From NCBI GenBank assembly GCA_045537355.1, contig JAZSPH010000063.1, forward strand, positions 1-61,949: 61,949 nt of DNA. The letters run 5' to 3'. How positions within the stretch are numbered: the first letter of the stretch is position 1; every line of letters begins with the position of its first letter. Below the pieces are notes generated by a model. That model did not search any database. It saw only the letters and a list, made by a program, of their open reading frames with translations, and was not told the DNA's origin. The DNA comes from Acutalibacteraceae bacterium (GTDB lineage Bacteria > Bacillota > Clostridia > Oscillospirales > Acutalibacteraceae). Of the stretch, positions 27,101 through 36,403 are shown piece by piece. Position numbers and translations under genes: made by a program.

Positions 27101-28723
27101 ATGACAATCGGACAAAAAATCACCCACTTGAGAACTGCCATGGATATTTCACAAGAAGCTTTGGCTGACAAACTCTCAGTTTCACGCCAATCCGTTTCTA
27201 AATGGGAGATGGACCAAGCTCAACCCCAAATTGATAAAATTCTCCAACTTTGCGAGCTTTTTAACATTTCTGCCGATGAGCTTTTGTATGACAAGATTTC
27301 TATCAATCGTGCCCCTGCAGGTGCTCCCGTTAAAAATAAATACTTTGGAACCGACGGTTTCAGAGGTGAAGCTAACCTTAACCTTACTTCTATGCAAGCA
27401 TATAAAGTAGGTAGATTTTTAGGTTGGTACTACTCTTCTAAACTTTCGGGTTGCACATCAACCGGCTATCGCCCCAAGATAGTTATCGGTAAGGATACTC
27501 GCCGTTCAAGTTATATGCTTGAATATTCTATCGTTGCCGGTATCACTGCTTCGGGCGCTGATGCTTATATGCTTCACGTTACCACAACCCCCAGCGTTTC
27601 TTATGTTACTCGCCAGGATGAATTTGACTGTGGTATTATGATTACTGCTTCCCACAATCCTTTCTACGATAACGGAATTAAGGTTATCAATAAGTATGGT
27701 GAGAAACTCGATGATGAAACAACTGCATTAATCGAAGCTTACATTGACGGCAACCTTTCTGCCTTAGGTGTTCAAGGTGATGACCTTCCTTTAGCACATA
27801 GAGAGCGCATTGGTGAAATTGTTGACTATGCAGCAGGTAGAAACAGATATGTTGGTTACCTCATCTCGGTTGCTTCCAATTCTTATAAAAAACTCCGTAT
27901 CGGTCTTGACTGCGCTAACGGTGCTTCTTGGATGATTGCTAAATCGGTTTTTGATGCTTTGGGCGCTCAAACTGTAATTATCGGCAACGAGCCTAACGGA
28001 CTTAATGTTAACAACGGTTGTGGTTCAACCCACATGGAGAACCTTTGCAACTTGGTTAAAGAACAACATCTTGATGTTGGTTTCGCATTTGACGGTGATG
28101 CTGACCGTTGTATTGCTGTTGATGAAAACGGCAATATTATCGACGGCGATGCTATGATGTATATTTTAGCAAACCGTTTAAAATCTCGTGATATGTTAAA
28201 TGGCAATACCGTTGTTGCTACCGTTATGTCTAACAGTGGCTTCTTCGCTTCCCTCAAAAAATTAGGTATTGAGTGCGACCAAACCAAGGTTGGCGACCGC
28301 TTTGTTTACGAATCTATGCAAAACAACAACTTTAGTCTTGGCGGTGAGCAATCAGGTCACATTATATTAAAGAAATATGCCACCACCGGCGACGGTATCT
28401 TAACTGCTATTATGTTGGCTGAAGAAATGTGCGACCGTAAGATGTCTTTGGCTAAACTTTCCGAAAATCTTATGCTTTATCCTCAACACCTTGTAAATCT
28501 TAGAGTTAAGAGCAAGGCTGATGTTATGAACGACAGCCAAGTTTTAGCTGCTAAAGACGAGGTGAACAAATTGATTGACGGAAACGGCAGAGCACTTCTT
28601 AGAGAAAGTGGCACCGAGCCCGTTATCCGTATTATGATTGAAGCTGAAACCAATGAACTTTGTGTTGAATACGCAGAAATGATTGCAAAAGTTATTAAAG
28701 AAAGAGGTCATTTAAGTGAATAA
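27101..28723 (+). CDS. glmM: Phosphoglucosamine mutase with an N-terminal XRE-type HTH domain (fusion)
   Basis: Residues 1-65 are a Cro/C1 HTH (ISQEALADKLSVSRQSVSKWE). From residue ~79 it is a full GlmM: KYFGTDGFRGEAN, phosphoserine loop TASHNP, GFAFDGDADR, GGEQSGH. AGGAGG RBS upstream. Confidence 0.85.
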   Translation: MTIGQKITHLRTAMDISQEALADKLSVSRQSVSKWEMDQAQPQIDKILQLCELFNISADELLYDKISINRAPAGAPVKNKYFGTDGFRGEANLNLTSMQAYKVGRFLGWYYSSKLSGCTSTGYRPKIVIGKDTRRSSYMLEYSIVAGITASGADAYMLHVTTTPSVSYVTRQDEFDCGIMITASHNPFYDNGIKVINKYGEKLDDETTALIEAYIDGNLSALGVQGDDLPLAHRERIGEIVDYAAGRNRYVGYLISVASNSYKKLRIGLDCANGASWMIAKSVFDALGAQTVIIGNEPNGLNVNNGCGSTHMENLCNLVKEQHLDVGFAFDGDADRCIAVDENGNIIDGDAMMYILANRLKSRDMLNGNTVVATVMSNSGFFASLKKLGIECDQTKVGDRFVYESMQNNNFSLGGEQSGHIILKKYATTGDGILTAIMLAEEMCDRKMSLAKLSENLMLYPQHLVNLRVKSKADVMNDSQVLAAKDEVNKLIDGNGRALLRESGTEPVIRIMIEAETNELCVEYAEMIAKVIKERGHLSE

Positions 28724-29387
28724 GTTGGTTAAAACCTGTGAACTATATGACTGCCAAGTTCCTTATTTAAAGGACTTTTTCAATTCCTTTGAATATCCTT
28801 GGGAAATGCTCCCAAAAATCAAAGACCTTATCACTTCCCTTTTAGAGAGTGGTATTGAAGGTTTCACCGAGCTTAAAGAGGGTGTGCTTGTGGGCAAAAA
28901 TGTCACCATTGCTCCCACAGCAACTATTGAAGCTCCTGCAATTATCGGTCACGATACCGTTATTCGTCCCGGTGCATATATCCGTGGCAACCTTATAACA
29001 GGTAGTGGCTGTGTTATCGGTAACTCCAGCGAGTACAAAAATGCTATTTTGCTTGACAAAGTGCAAACCCCACACTACAATTATATAGGTGACTCAATTT
29101 TAGGAAACCGTGCCCACACAGGTGCAGGTACTGTTTGCTCCAACCTTAAATCTGATGGCAAAAATGTTGTTATCCGAGGCGATGAGAACTATGAAACAGG
29201 TCTTCGTAAAATCGGTGGAATTCTAGCCGACGGCGCAGATGTTGGTTGCGGATGTGTTATTAATCCAGGCACTGTAATAGGCAAAAAAACTTCTGTTTAT
29301 CCACTGACTATGCTCAGAGGCGTTTACCCTGCTAATTGCATTGTAAAATCCACTAAAGAGTATGTTTTAAGAAAGGAAAATTTTTAA
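28716..29387 (+). CDS. Left-handed beta-helix (hexapeptide-repeat) acyltransferase resembling the GlmU C-terminal acetyltransferase domain
   Basis: Hexapeptide repeats across residues 60-200. PHYNYIGDSILGNRAHTGAGTVCSNLKSDG resembles GlmU HLTYLGDAEIG..NIGAGTITCNYDG. Confidence 0.6.
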   Translation: MNKLVKTCELYDCQVPYLKDFFNSFEYPWEMLPKIKDLITSLLESGIEGFTELKEGVLVGKNVTIAPTATIEAPAIIGHDTVIRPGAYIRGNLITGSGCVIGNSSEYKNAILLDKVQTPHYNYIGDSILGNRAHTGAGTVCSNLKSDGKNVVIRGDENYETGLRKIGGILADGADVGCGCVINPGTVIGKKTSVYPLTMLRGVYPANCIVKSTKEYVLRKENF

Positions 29388-30097
29388 TGAAATTCATTAC
29401 CGTTAAAACCTATGAAGAATTAAGCAACAAAGCAGCTGATATTATCGCTGCCCAAATCATTGTGAAGCCTAACTGCATTTTAGGTTTGGCAACCGGTTCT
29501 TCCCCTGTTGGCACTTACAAAAGATTAATTGAGGATAATAAAAACGGCAAAATTGATTTTTCTGCCATTACAAGTGTTAACCTTGATGAATATGTTGGTC
29601 TTGATGGCACTAATGACCAAAGTTATCGTTACTTCATGAACGACAATCTCTTTAACCATGTTAACATCGACAAGGCAAAAACCTTCGTTCCCAACGGATG
29701 CGCTGCCGACTTAAAGGCTGAAGGCGAAGCTTACGACCAAATGATTAAAGATTTGGGTGGAATTGATTTACAACTTTTGGGCATCGGTCTTGATGGTCAC
29801 ATCGGTTTCAACGAGCCCGACTCTTGCTTTGTTGGTCCTACCCACGAAGTAACACTTGATGAATCCACCATTAAAGCAAACGCTCGTTTCTTTGCAAATG
29901 AGGATGAAGTTCCAAAGACTGCAATTACAATGGGTATGATGTCCATTATGCAGGCCAAAAAGATTCTTTTGGTTGCTAATGGTGCTGCCAAAAAAGAGAT
30001 TATTGAAAAATCTTTCTTCGGTCCTATCACCCCCGAAGTTCCCGCTTCAATTCTTCAGTTACACCCCGACGTAACCGTAATTTTCAGTGAAAATTAA
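29387..30097 (+). CDS. nagB: Glucosamine-6-phosphate deaminase
   Basis: LGLATGSSP, NLDEYVGL and GIGLDGHIGFNEP motifs; 236 aa. Confidence 0.9.
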   Translation: MKFITVKTYEELSNKAADIIAAQIIVKPNCILGLATGSSPVGTYKRLIEDNKNGKIDFSAITSVNLDEYVGLDGTNDQSYRYFMNDNLFNHVNIDKAKTFVPNGCAADLKAEGEAYDQMIKDLGGIDLQLLGIGLDGHIGFNEPDSCFVGPTHEVTLDESTIKANARFFANEDEVPKTAITMGMMSIMQAKKILLVANGAAKKEIIEKSFFGPITPEVPASILQLHPDVTVIFSEN

Positions 30098-30104
30098 ACT
30101 TCCT

Positions 30105-30146
30105 AAAAAAAGCTGTTTGATTTAATTCAAACAGCTTTATTTTTTA
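30105..30146 (+). terminator. Rho-independent terminator
   Basis: aaagctgtttga/tcaaacagcttt followed by a T-run. Confidence 0.8.
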
Positions 30147-30201
30147 TTGCATTTTTCGACTAAATATAGTAAAATGCTATATGTGAATTGAGGTGATGGA
30201 T

Positions 30202-31524
30202 ATGGCACAAAAAAAGCCTTTAAAAAAGCAATTTAAATCAAGACTTGTAACCTGTCTTTACTCTTTTGCGTTAATTGCTTCTATCGCACTTTTGGGATTT
30301 ATTGCCATCTCCCTTTCCAAAACCGAAAAAGCACCTGCAAACGAACCAGCCAACACCATAGTTTCAAGTGAAATCGAATTTAAAGAAACTACTGCAACTG
30401 TACTTTCTATCGGCGATATCATGGTTCACAGCCCCCAACTTAACGGCGCCTATGTTTCGGAAAGTAATTCTTACGATTTCAGCGCTTTTTTCAAAGAAAC
30501 CGCTCCCTATTTTAAAAAAGCCGATTTAAGCGTCGGAAATTTAGAGGTTACCTTTGGTGGAGACAATGGTCGTGAATATTCAGGTTATCCAATGTTTAAC
30601 ACTCCTGACAGTTTGGCAGATGCCATAAAAAAATCAGGTCTCAATTTTTTAATAACATCAAATAACCACAGTTATGATACAGGCCTTTCAGGTCTTAAGC
30701 GCACGGCTAGGATACTAAAAGAAAAAGGTATTGAGTTCACCGGCACTAAGGAGACCGAACGTGATTCATCATATGTTGTTAAAAAAATTAATGATATAAA
30801 CATAGGCATCATAAACTATACCTATGAGACCTCTCCCTCCAATCCTACCCCGGGAGTGAAATATTTAAACGGCTCGGCTATCAGTACCGAAGCCAATGCT
30901 CTTATTAACACCTTTAGTTACACCAACATTAATTCTTTCTATTCGGATATAAGAGCAAAACTCAAACAGATGAAAAATGATGGCGCCGAATTTTTGGTGG
31001 TTTATATTCATTGGGGAAACGAATATCAAACAACCCCCAATACCCACCAAAAATCCATTGCACAAAACCTAACCAATTTAGGTGTGGATATGATTATCGG
31101 CAGTCATCCTCACGTTATTCAACCTGTTGAATTAATAACCAGTGAAGATTCAAATCACACTGCAATTTGTCTTTACTCCACCGGAAACGCCGTTTCCAAC
31201 CAAAGACAGGAGGTAATGACAAGTTGTCCTTCGGGACATACCGAAGATGGTATGATGTTCAAATTTACTTTGCGCAAAACCAAAGGTGGCGTGATTTTAG
31301 ATAAACTAGACCTCACCCCAACCTGGGTTAACAAATATCTTGTGAACGGAAAATATCAATATACTATTTACCCGTTAGAAAATCCAAACGATTTAGGAAA
31401 GTATGCCTTTAATTCAACCGAACTTGCCAAAGCAAAGGCATCCTACGAACGAACCAAAACAATTGTAGCTGAGGGCTTAAGTGCTTGTCAAAGGTCTATC
31501 GGCTGTGATATAACCTTTAATTAA
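30202..31524 (+). CDS. CapA-family (PGA_cap, metallophosphatase-like) protein with an N-terminal TM anchor
   Basis: TM helix followed by VLSIGDIMVH...GNLE...NNHSYD...HWGNEY...GSHPHV motifs. Start placed at ATG 30202 behind a GAGGTG RBS. Confidence 0.75.
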   Translation: MAQKKPLKKQFKSRLVTCLYSFALIASIALLGFIAISLSKTEKAPANEPANTIVSSEIEFKETTATVLSIGDIMVHSPQLNGAYVSESNSYDFSAFFKETAPYFKKADLSVGNLEVTFGGDNGREYSGYPMFNTPDSLADAIKKSGLNFLITSNNHSYDTGLSGLKRTARILKEKGIEFTGTKETERDSSYVVKKINDINIGIINYTYETSPSNPTPGVKYLNGSAISTEANALINTFSYTNINSFYSDIRAKLKQMKNDGAEFLVVYIHWGNEYQTTPNTHQKSIAQNLTNLGVDMIIGSHPHVIQPVELITSEDSNHTAICLYSTGNAVSNQRQEVMTSCPSGHTEDGMMFKFTLRKTKGGVILDKLDLTPTWVNKYLVNGKYQYTIYPLENPNDLGKYAFNSTELAKAKASYERTKTIVAEGLSACQRSIGCDITFN

Positions 31525-31544
31525 ATCTCGAAAGGAACCTCAAA

Positions 31545-33254
31545 ATGATCAACGAAACTTACAAACTTTGGAAAGAAAAGGCTGTGGGTGACCCCGACCT
31601 TATTAAGGAACTCAATGAAATCGAGGGTAACGACGAACTTATTTCCGATGCTTTTTATAAAAATCTGGAATTTGGTACTGCAGGACTCAGAGGAGTTATC
31701 GGCGCCGGCACTAACAGAATGAATATATACACTGTAGGTCAAGCAACACAAGGCCTTTCAGCTTATGTTAATTCTATTACTGAAAATGGTGTTGTTGCCA
31801 TTGCTTATGACAGCCGAATCAAATCCGAAGAGTTTGCAAAAACCACAGCCAGCGTTTTCGCTGCCAACGGAATTAAGGTTTATATTTACCCCGAACTCGC
31901 TCCCACACCCATGCTTTCATTTGCAGTTCGCAGACTTAAATGCGATGCGGGTGTTGTTATCACCGCAAGTCATAACCCTGCAAAATACAACGGTTACAAG
32001 GCTTATGCTCCCGATGGAAGTCAATTGGGCCCCGATGCTGCCGACTATGTTCTTTCAATTATGCAAAGTGTTGACATTTTTGAGGGTGTTAAATACTACG
32101 ATTTTGACGAAGCAGTTAAAGAAGGTAAAATCGAGTACATCGGTCAAAATATTATCGACGAATACTTGGAAAATGTTGCGGCTCAACGCATTGAACCTGA
32201 TGCCGATGTTTCAGGACTTAGAGTTGTTTACACTCCTTTAAACGGTGCAGGTAACAAACCCGTTCGTGAAATTTTAAAACGTATTGGTGTTGAAAATGTA
32301 TTCATCGTTCCCGAACAAGAGCATCCTGATGGCAACTTCCCCACCACTCCTTTCCCCAACCCCGAATTTGAACAAACCTTTGAGTGTGCTTTAAAATTAG
32401 CCGAAACAACCAACCCCGACCTTCTTCTTGCTACCGACCCTGATAGCGATCGTGTTGGTATTGCAGCAAATGTTAACGGCAAATTTAAACTCTTTACAGG
32501 CAACGATGTTGGTGCCCTTCTTTTGAACTATATTTTAGAGCGCAAAACCGAAAAAGGCACTTTGCCCCAAAACCCCGTTGCTGTTAAGACCATCGTTTCC
32601 ACCGAACTTTGCCAAAAAATCGCAGATTTTTACGGTTGCACCCTTATTAATGTGCTTACCGGATTTAAATTCATTGGTGAACAAATAACCATTCTTGCCG
32701 AAAAAGGCGAACAAGACCGTTATATTTTAGGTTTTGAAGAAAGTTATGGCTATTTGGCAGGCGATTATGCTCGTGACAAGGATGCAGTTGTTGCTTCTAT
32801 GCTCATTTGTGAAATGGTAGCATTTTATAAAACACAGGGAAAAAATTTAGAGGAAGTATTAAACTCAATTTACGATAAATTCGGTTACTACGCTTCGGCT
32901 CAAAGAAGTTTCACCTGCGAAGGTCAATCGGGTATGGCTCAAATCGCCTCCATTATGGAAAGACTCCATAACTCCCCCATCACCGAACTTGGTGGCAAAA
33001 AAATTGTTAAAATCAGCGATTACGAGTTGTCCTTAACCAAAGACCTTAAGACCGGCAAAGAAACAAAGATAACATTACCAAAATCCAATGTTATTTCCTT
33101 CACCTTCGAGGATGACAGTTACATTATTGTTCGTCCTTCAGGCACCGAGCCTAAGATTAAGTTGTATTTAGGCGCTGTTGGCAGTGACAAAAAATCTGCC
33201 GACGAGCAATTGGATATACTCGTTAAAATCGGAACCGAAACATTAGGATTTTAA
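31545..33254 (+). CDS. Phospho-sugar mutase (PgcA-type phosphoglucomutase/phosphomannomutase)
   Basis: FGTAGLRG, phosphoserine loop TASHNPAKYNGYK, DPDSDR and RPSGTEPKIK motifs; 569 aa. Confidence 0.9.
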   Translation: MINETYKLWKEKAVGDPDLIKELNEIEGNDELISDAFYKNLEFGTAGLRGVIGAGTNRMNIYTVGQATQGLSAYVNSITENGVVAIAYDSRIKSEEFAKTTASVFAANGIKVYIYPELAPTPMLSFAVRRLKCDAGVVITASHNPAKYNGYKAYAPDGSQLGPDAADYVLSIMQSVDIFEGVKYYDFDEAVKEGKIEYIGQNIIDEYLENVAAQRIEPDADVSGLRVVYTPLNGAGNKPVREILKRIGVENVFIVPEQEHPDGNFPTTPFPNPEFEQTFECALKLAETTNPDLLLATDPDSDRVGIAANVNGKFKLFTGNDVGALLLNYILERKTEKGTLPQNPVAVKTIVSTELCQKIADFYGCTLINVLTGFKFIGEQITILAEKGEQDRYILGFEESYGYLAGDYARDKDAVVASMLICEMVAFYKTQGKNLEEVLNSIYDKFGYYASAQRSFTCEGQSGMAQIASIMERLHNSPITELGGKKIVKISDYELSLTKDLKTGKETKITLPKSNVISFTFEDDSYIIVRPSGTEPKIKLYLGAVGSDKKSADEQLDILVKIGTETLGF

Positions 33255-33257
33255 ATC

Positions 33258-33287
33258 AAAACCCCAAGTTTTTTCCTTGGGGTTTTA
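33258..33287 (+). terminator. Rho-independent terminator
   Basis: aaaaccccaag/cttggggtttt. Confidence 0.8.
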
Positions 33288-33362
33288 AAAATTAAATATT
33301 GCAAAAAAGGTATATAAATGTTAAACTTAAATGTAGTAATTTAAATTTGAGGTTTTGTAATT

Positions 33363-34409
33363 ATGGATTTAAAAAACATAAAAACAATAGCACTTAAAGT
33401 TGCATTAGTTGCTATTGCTATAGCTTTAATTGTTGTGAGCATACTTTTACTTTTTAATGTTGGCGGCAAGAATAAGTCACTTGAAATTGAAGCCCCCGAA
33501 CTTATTGAAGACTGTTGGGTATTGGTCGATGGAAAGAAAACCACCAACGCTGAAATTAAGGTTGGTAAAAAGATTAAACTTAGTTATGATTCTTATCCCG
33601 AGGCTGACAAAGACATCAGAATGACCGTTTCGGTCGATGAGAAATATTCCGATATTGTTTCGATTAAAAATCAAACCGTAACCGGACTTTCAGAAGGCAA
33701 TGCAACGCTTAAAATTGCAGTCTTGTTCCCCGGGAGTTTAGGCGGAAAGGTCTCCATGAGCCTGCCGGTAAAGGTTTACTCTAAAGGTAAGAAGCATAAC
33801 AATCAGTCGGCAAACCAATCTTCAAAACCTACAAGCATTTTCGGAAACAGCATTTTTGACAAAATATTCTCGAAAAACAATTCTTCCGATAAAGATTCTT
33901 CCGTTTCTTCTGAAAAACCTTCTTCAAATTCATCGCAGAAAACCTCCTCGAAGAAGACTTCATCCAAAAAGACCTCTTCTAAAAAGCCTTCTTCAAACTC
34001 TTCTAAATTAACTTCTTCCAAGTTTTCCAACACAACTTCTTTAAATTCTTCTGATACAACATCTCTAAACTCTTCTAACACAAATTCTTTCGAAACGGTT
34101 TCTTCCAACTCATCTGAAGCAACTTCTTCTAACACTGCTCCAAAGGTTGAAACTTGTGATGCTTGCGGCCAAACCATTATAAATGCCTTTGACCACGAAG
34201 CACTTGAATGCTATAATCATTACCGTTGCGAACCAAATGTCGATGAAATTTCCCATGGTTTGGCCCCTTGTGGCGATCATCAAGCATGTGATGAAGGAAA
34301 CCACGAATTACGTTCTTGTTTGTCCCACTTCGAATGTGATGCGGAATTTTCATCACTTCCCTGTGGTCATTGTTCATGCGAACACTCGGCAGAAGAACCC
34401 TGTGAATAA
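33363..34409 (+). CDS. Membrane-anchored hypothetical protein: Ig-like (Big_2-like) domain, Ser/Lys-rich linker, Cys/His-rich C-terminal tail
   Basis: TM helix at residues 10-33. VTGLSEGNATLKIAV is Big_2-like. Contains SSKKTSSKKTSSKKPSS repeats. The last 84 aa carry 12 Cys and 9 His. Confidence 0.65.
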   Translation: MDLKNIKTIALKVALVAIAIALIVVSILLLFNVGGKNKSLEIEAPELIEDCWVLVDGKKTTNAEIKVGKKIKLSYDSYPEADKDIRMTVSVDEKYSDIVSIKNQTVTGLSEGNATLKIAVLFPGSLGGKVSMSLPVKVYSKGKKHNNQSANQSSKPTSIFGNSIFDKIFSKNNSSDKDSSVSSEKPSSNSSQKTSSKKTSSKKTSSKKPSSNSSKLTSSKFSNTTSLNSSDTTSLNSSNTNSFETVSSNSSEATSSNTAPKVETCDACGQTIINAFDHEALECYNHYRCEPNVDEISHGLAPCGDHQACDEGNHELRSCLSHFECDAEFSSLPCGHCSCEHSAEEPCE

Positions 34410-34411
34410 TA

Positions 34412-35728
34412 TTATTTAACCAATATTTGACCGTCGTCCTTTTGGAGGATTAAAATTTCCTCCTCTTTTAGGGCGGCGGCATTTATATATACCATTACTT
34501 CTTGTGAGTCGGCCGAAGTGCAAGTAAATTCATAACAACGTTCCTCTTGTAAATTATCCGTTGGAATCAATGCCAATTGAACACCACCGACTTTAAGTTG
34601 CGGACTGATTATACTCTTCGCTTCCTCTTCGGTTATTTTTGGAGTTTCAAAAGCCCTGGGTTTATGATTTGTGATATACCCACCTGCTTCATAGAATACA
34701 ATTTCGCCATTATCCTCGGCGACCCCCACCTTAATCAAATCGGTATAGCAAATGGTTTTTCCATCAAGGTAAGCAAAATTGATAACACAAACTCCGCCAT
34801 AACTGGAGTAATAAGTTTCTTTTAAATTTCTCATTCCAATACTCTCAAGATAGGTCTTCGCTTTCAAAAGGGATTGCTCATAACTTAAAAGAATATCGCC
34901 AATTTCTCTTTCCCTTCTTAAATAAAGCAAAAGTCCACCCTGTTTGGTTAAACTAATGGTTATATCGGTGCCAATAAAATCGAGGGTTGGGATTTTACCG
35001 TTACTCTCCCCTGCAAACTCAAGGTCTTTTATATTAGAAAACCCCACTGCCTTTTTTAAGGCTTGGTCTTTTGTAACTTCTGACTCGTTCTTTAAAAGAG
35101 TGGACTCTTTGTTTAAAATATGGTCGGAATAAGGGCCGTCATAAATCAGTGTGGGATAATCTTTAAATTCATCCTCTAATTCGGTCAAGGATATATCGAG
35201 GCCGTTTTCTTCAACGGTTTGTGAAATTTCATTATCAAGTGTGGTTGCCCAATATTCAAGATTATTGTAGTTGCCGTGGGATTTACTTAAAATTCCCTCC
35301 ACCCGTTTTGAAATTTCGCTTAATTTTTCAATGTTGGCAACGTCCTGCGACTCCAGTCCCTTTTCACTTAAATTTTCGCTCAGGGAAAAAGCGTAATTCC
35401 CAACCTGAGAAAAAAACAAGTTCAAAGAAGATAAACTATTCGCCACAGGCAATTGAGCCAAGGTGCTTTTTGAAATTTCAGCCTCGGTCAAAAGTTTTGC
35501 AGCCATTCTATTTAGTTGAGATTTTGTAGTTAAAAATCGGGTTTTGTTTAATATTGTGGAAATATTACCAACCGACGTGTTAAGTTCATCTAACATATAG
35601 GAATAGGTGTTTTCAATATTTAAAACATAAGCCTTGTTCTTTTGATTTGCATTATAAAAAAGCCCTAAACAAACAAGGGCAACACTAAGGGAAAAACTGA
35701 CCGTTCTAACGGCATTTCGTCTGCTCAT
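34412..35728 (-). CDS. ypeB: Germination protein YpeB
   Basis: N-terminal TM helix. Collinear similarity to B. subtilis YpeB from memory (NTYSYMLDEL..., LAQLPV, C-terminal CYEF...VYINAA PepSY-like region). Start at ATG 35728 behind a GGAGG RBS. Confidence 0.85.
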   Translation of the reverse strand: MSRRNAVRTVSFSLSVALVCLGLFYNANQKNKAYVLNIENTYSYMLDELNTSVGNISTILNKTRFLTTKSQLNRMAAKLLTEAEISKSTLAQLPVANSLSSLNLFFSQVGNYAFSLSENLSEKGLESQDVANIEKLSEISKRVEGILSKSHGNYNNLEYWATTLDNEISQTVEENGLDISLTELEDEFKDYPTLIYDGPYSDHILNKESTLLKNESEVTKDQALKKAVGFSNIKDLEFAGESNGKIPTLDFIGTDITISLTKQGGLLLYLRREREIGDILLSYEQSLLKAKTYLESIGMRNLKETYYSSYGGVCVINFAYLDGKTICYTDLIKVGVAEDNGEIVFYEAGGYITNHKPRAFETPKITEEEAKSIISPQLKVGGVQLALIPTDNLQEERCYEFTCTSADSQEVMVYINAAALKEEEILILQKDDGQILVK

Positions 35729-35769
35729 AAAAGCCTCCAAAATTCATTTTCCTTAGTATTGCCCAAAAA

Positions 35770-36267
35770 TTACATAATATTAATTTTTTTACCTATATAT
35801 TCCTTTACTTGGTCGCAGGTCATATTAAGCGCACAAGCGAGTTCTTCCAACAAAAGCTTTTCAGCCAAGGCCATATACCTTTCATCAACATAACCGGGTT
35901 TCTTGCGATTTTCTAAAGCAGTTTTTTTCTTTTGGTGAAGTCTTGAAGCCAAGCCTACCAAATCCTCGCAGTTATGGGTTGCTATCATTAAATCGTATTG
36001 TTCTTTGGAAAGTTCAATATCGGCCGAAGCTTCAATTATTTCGGGAATTTTTTCAATTAGGTCATCCGCCTCTTTTTTAGACATAATAGGCCTTACAAAA
36101 ACCTTATTATCCTCAGCAGGAACAAAAATTGTGCTGTTTGGACTGCCGAAAGGTTTAAGTATGTAGTAGAGTCGTTTTTGATTTCTTACCAACTCTTTTT
36201 CGCACTGACCTTCAACAGTGCAAACACCGGTTTTACCGTATACAACCATTGCTCCGATTTCTAACAT
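35770..36267 (-). CDS. CarD/CdnL-family RNA-polymerase-binding regulator
   Basis: N-terminal Tudor-like MVVYGKTGVCTVEG...YYILKP with a helical C-terminal half. Start at ATG 36267 behind a GAGGGTGAG RBS. Confidence 0.7.
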   Translation of the reverse strand: MLEIGAMVVYGKTGVCTVEGQCEKELVRNQKRLYYILKPFGSPNSTIFVPAEDNKVFVRPIMSKKEADDLIEKIPEIIEASADIELSKEQYDLMIATHNCEDLVGLASRLHQKKKTALENRKKPGYVDERYMALAEKLLLEELACALNMTCDQVKEYIGKKINIM

Positions 36268-36403
36268 TTTTCTCACCCTCACAAAGACAAAGCCGTTTTC
36301 TCAGGTTTAAGAAAACGGCCAAACTGTTAAAATAAACCTACAAGATTATTTTAACACATTATTTTTGAAAATGTAAGAAAAATTTTCCTTTTTTCGACAT
36401 TTT

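Noticed and set aside
33803-34177. 124-aa Glu/Leu-rich ORF on the minus strand
   Set aside because: It is the antisense reading of the Ser/Lys-rich repeat region of the 33363-34409 gene. It has no RBS, and its low complexity mirrors the sense-strand repeats.
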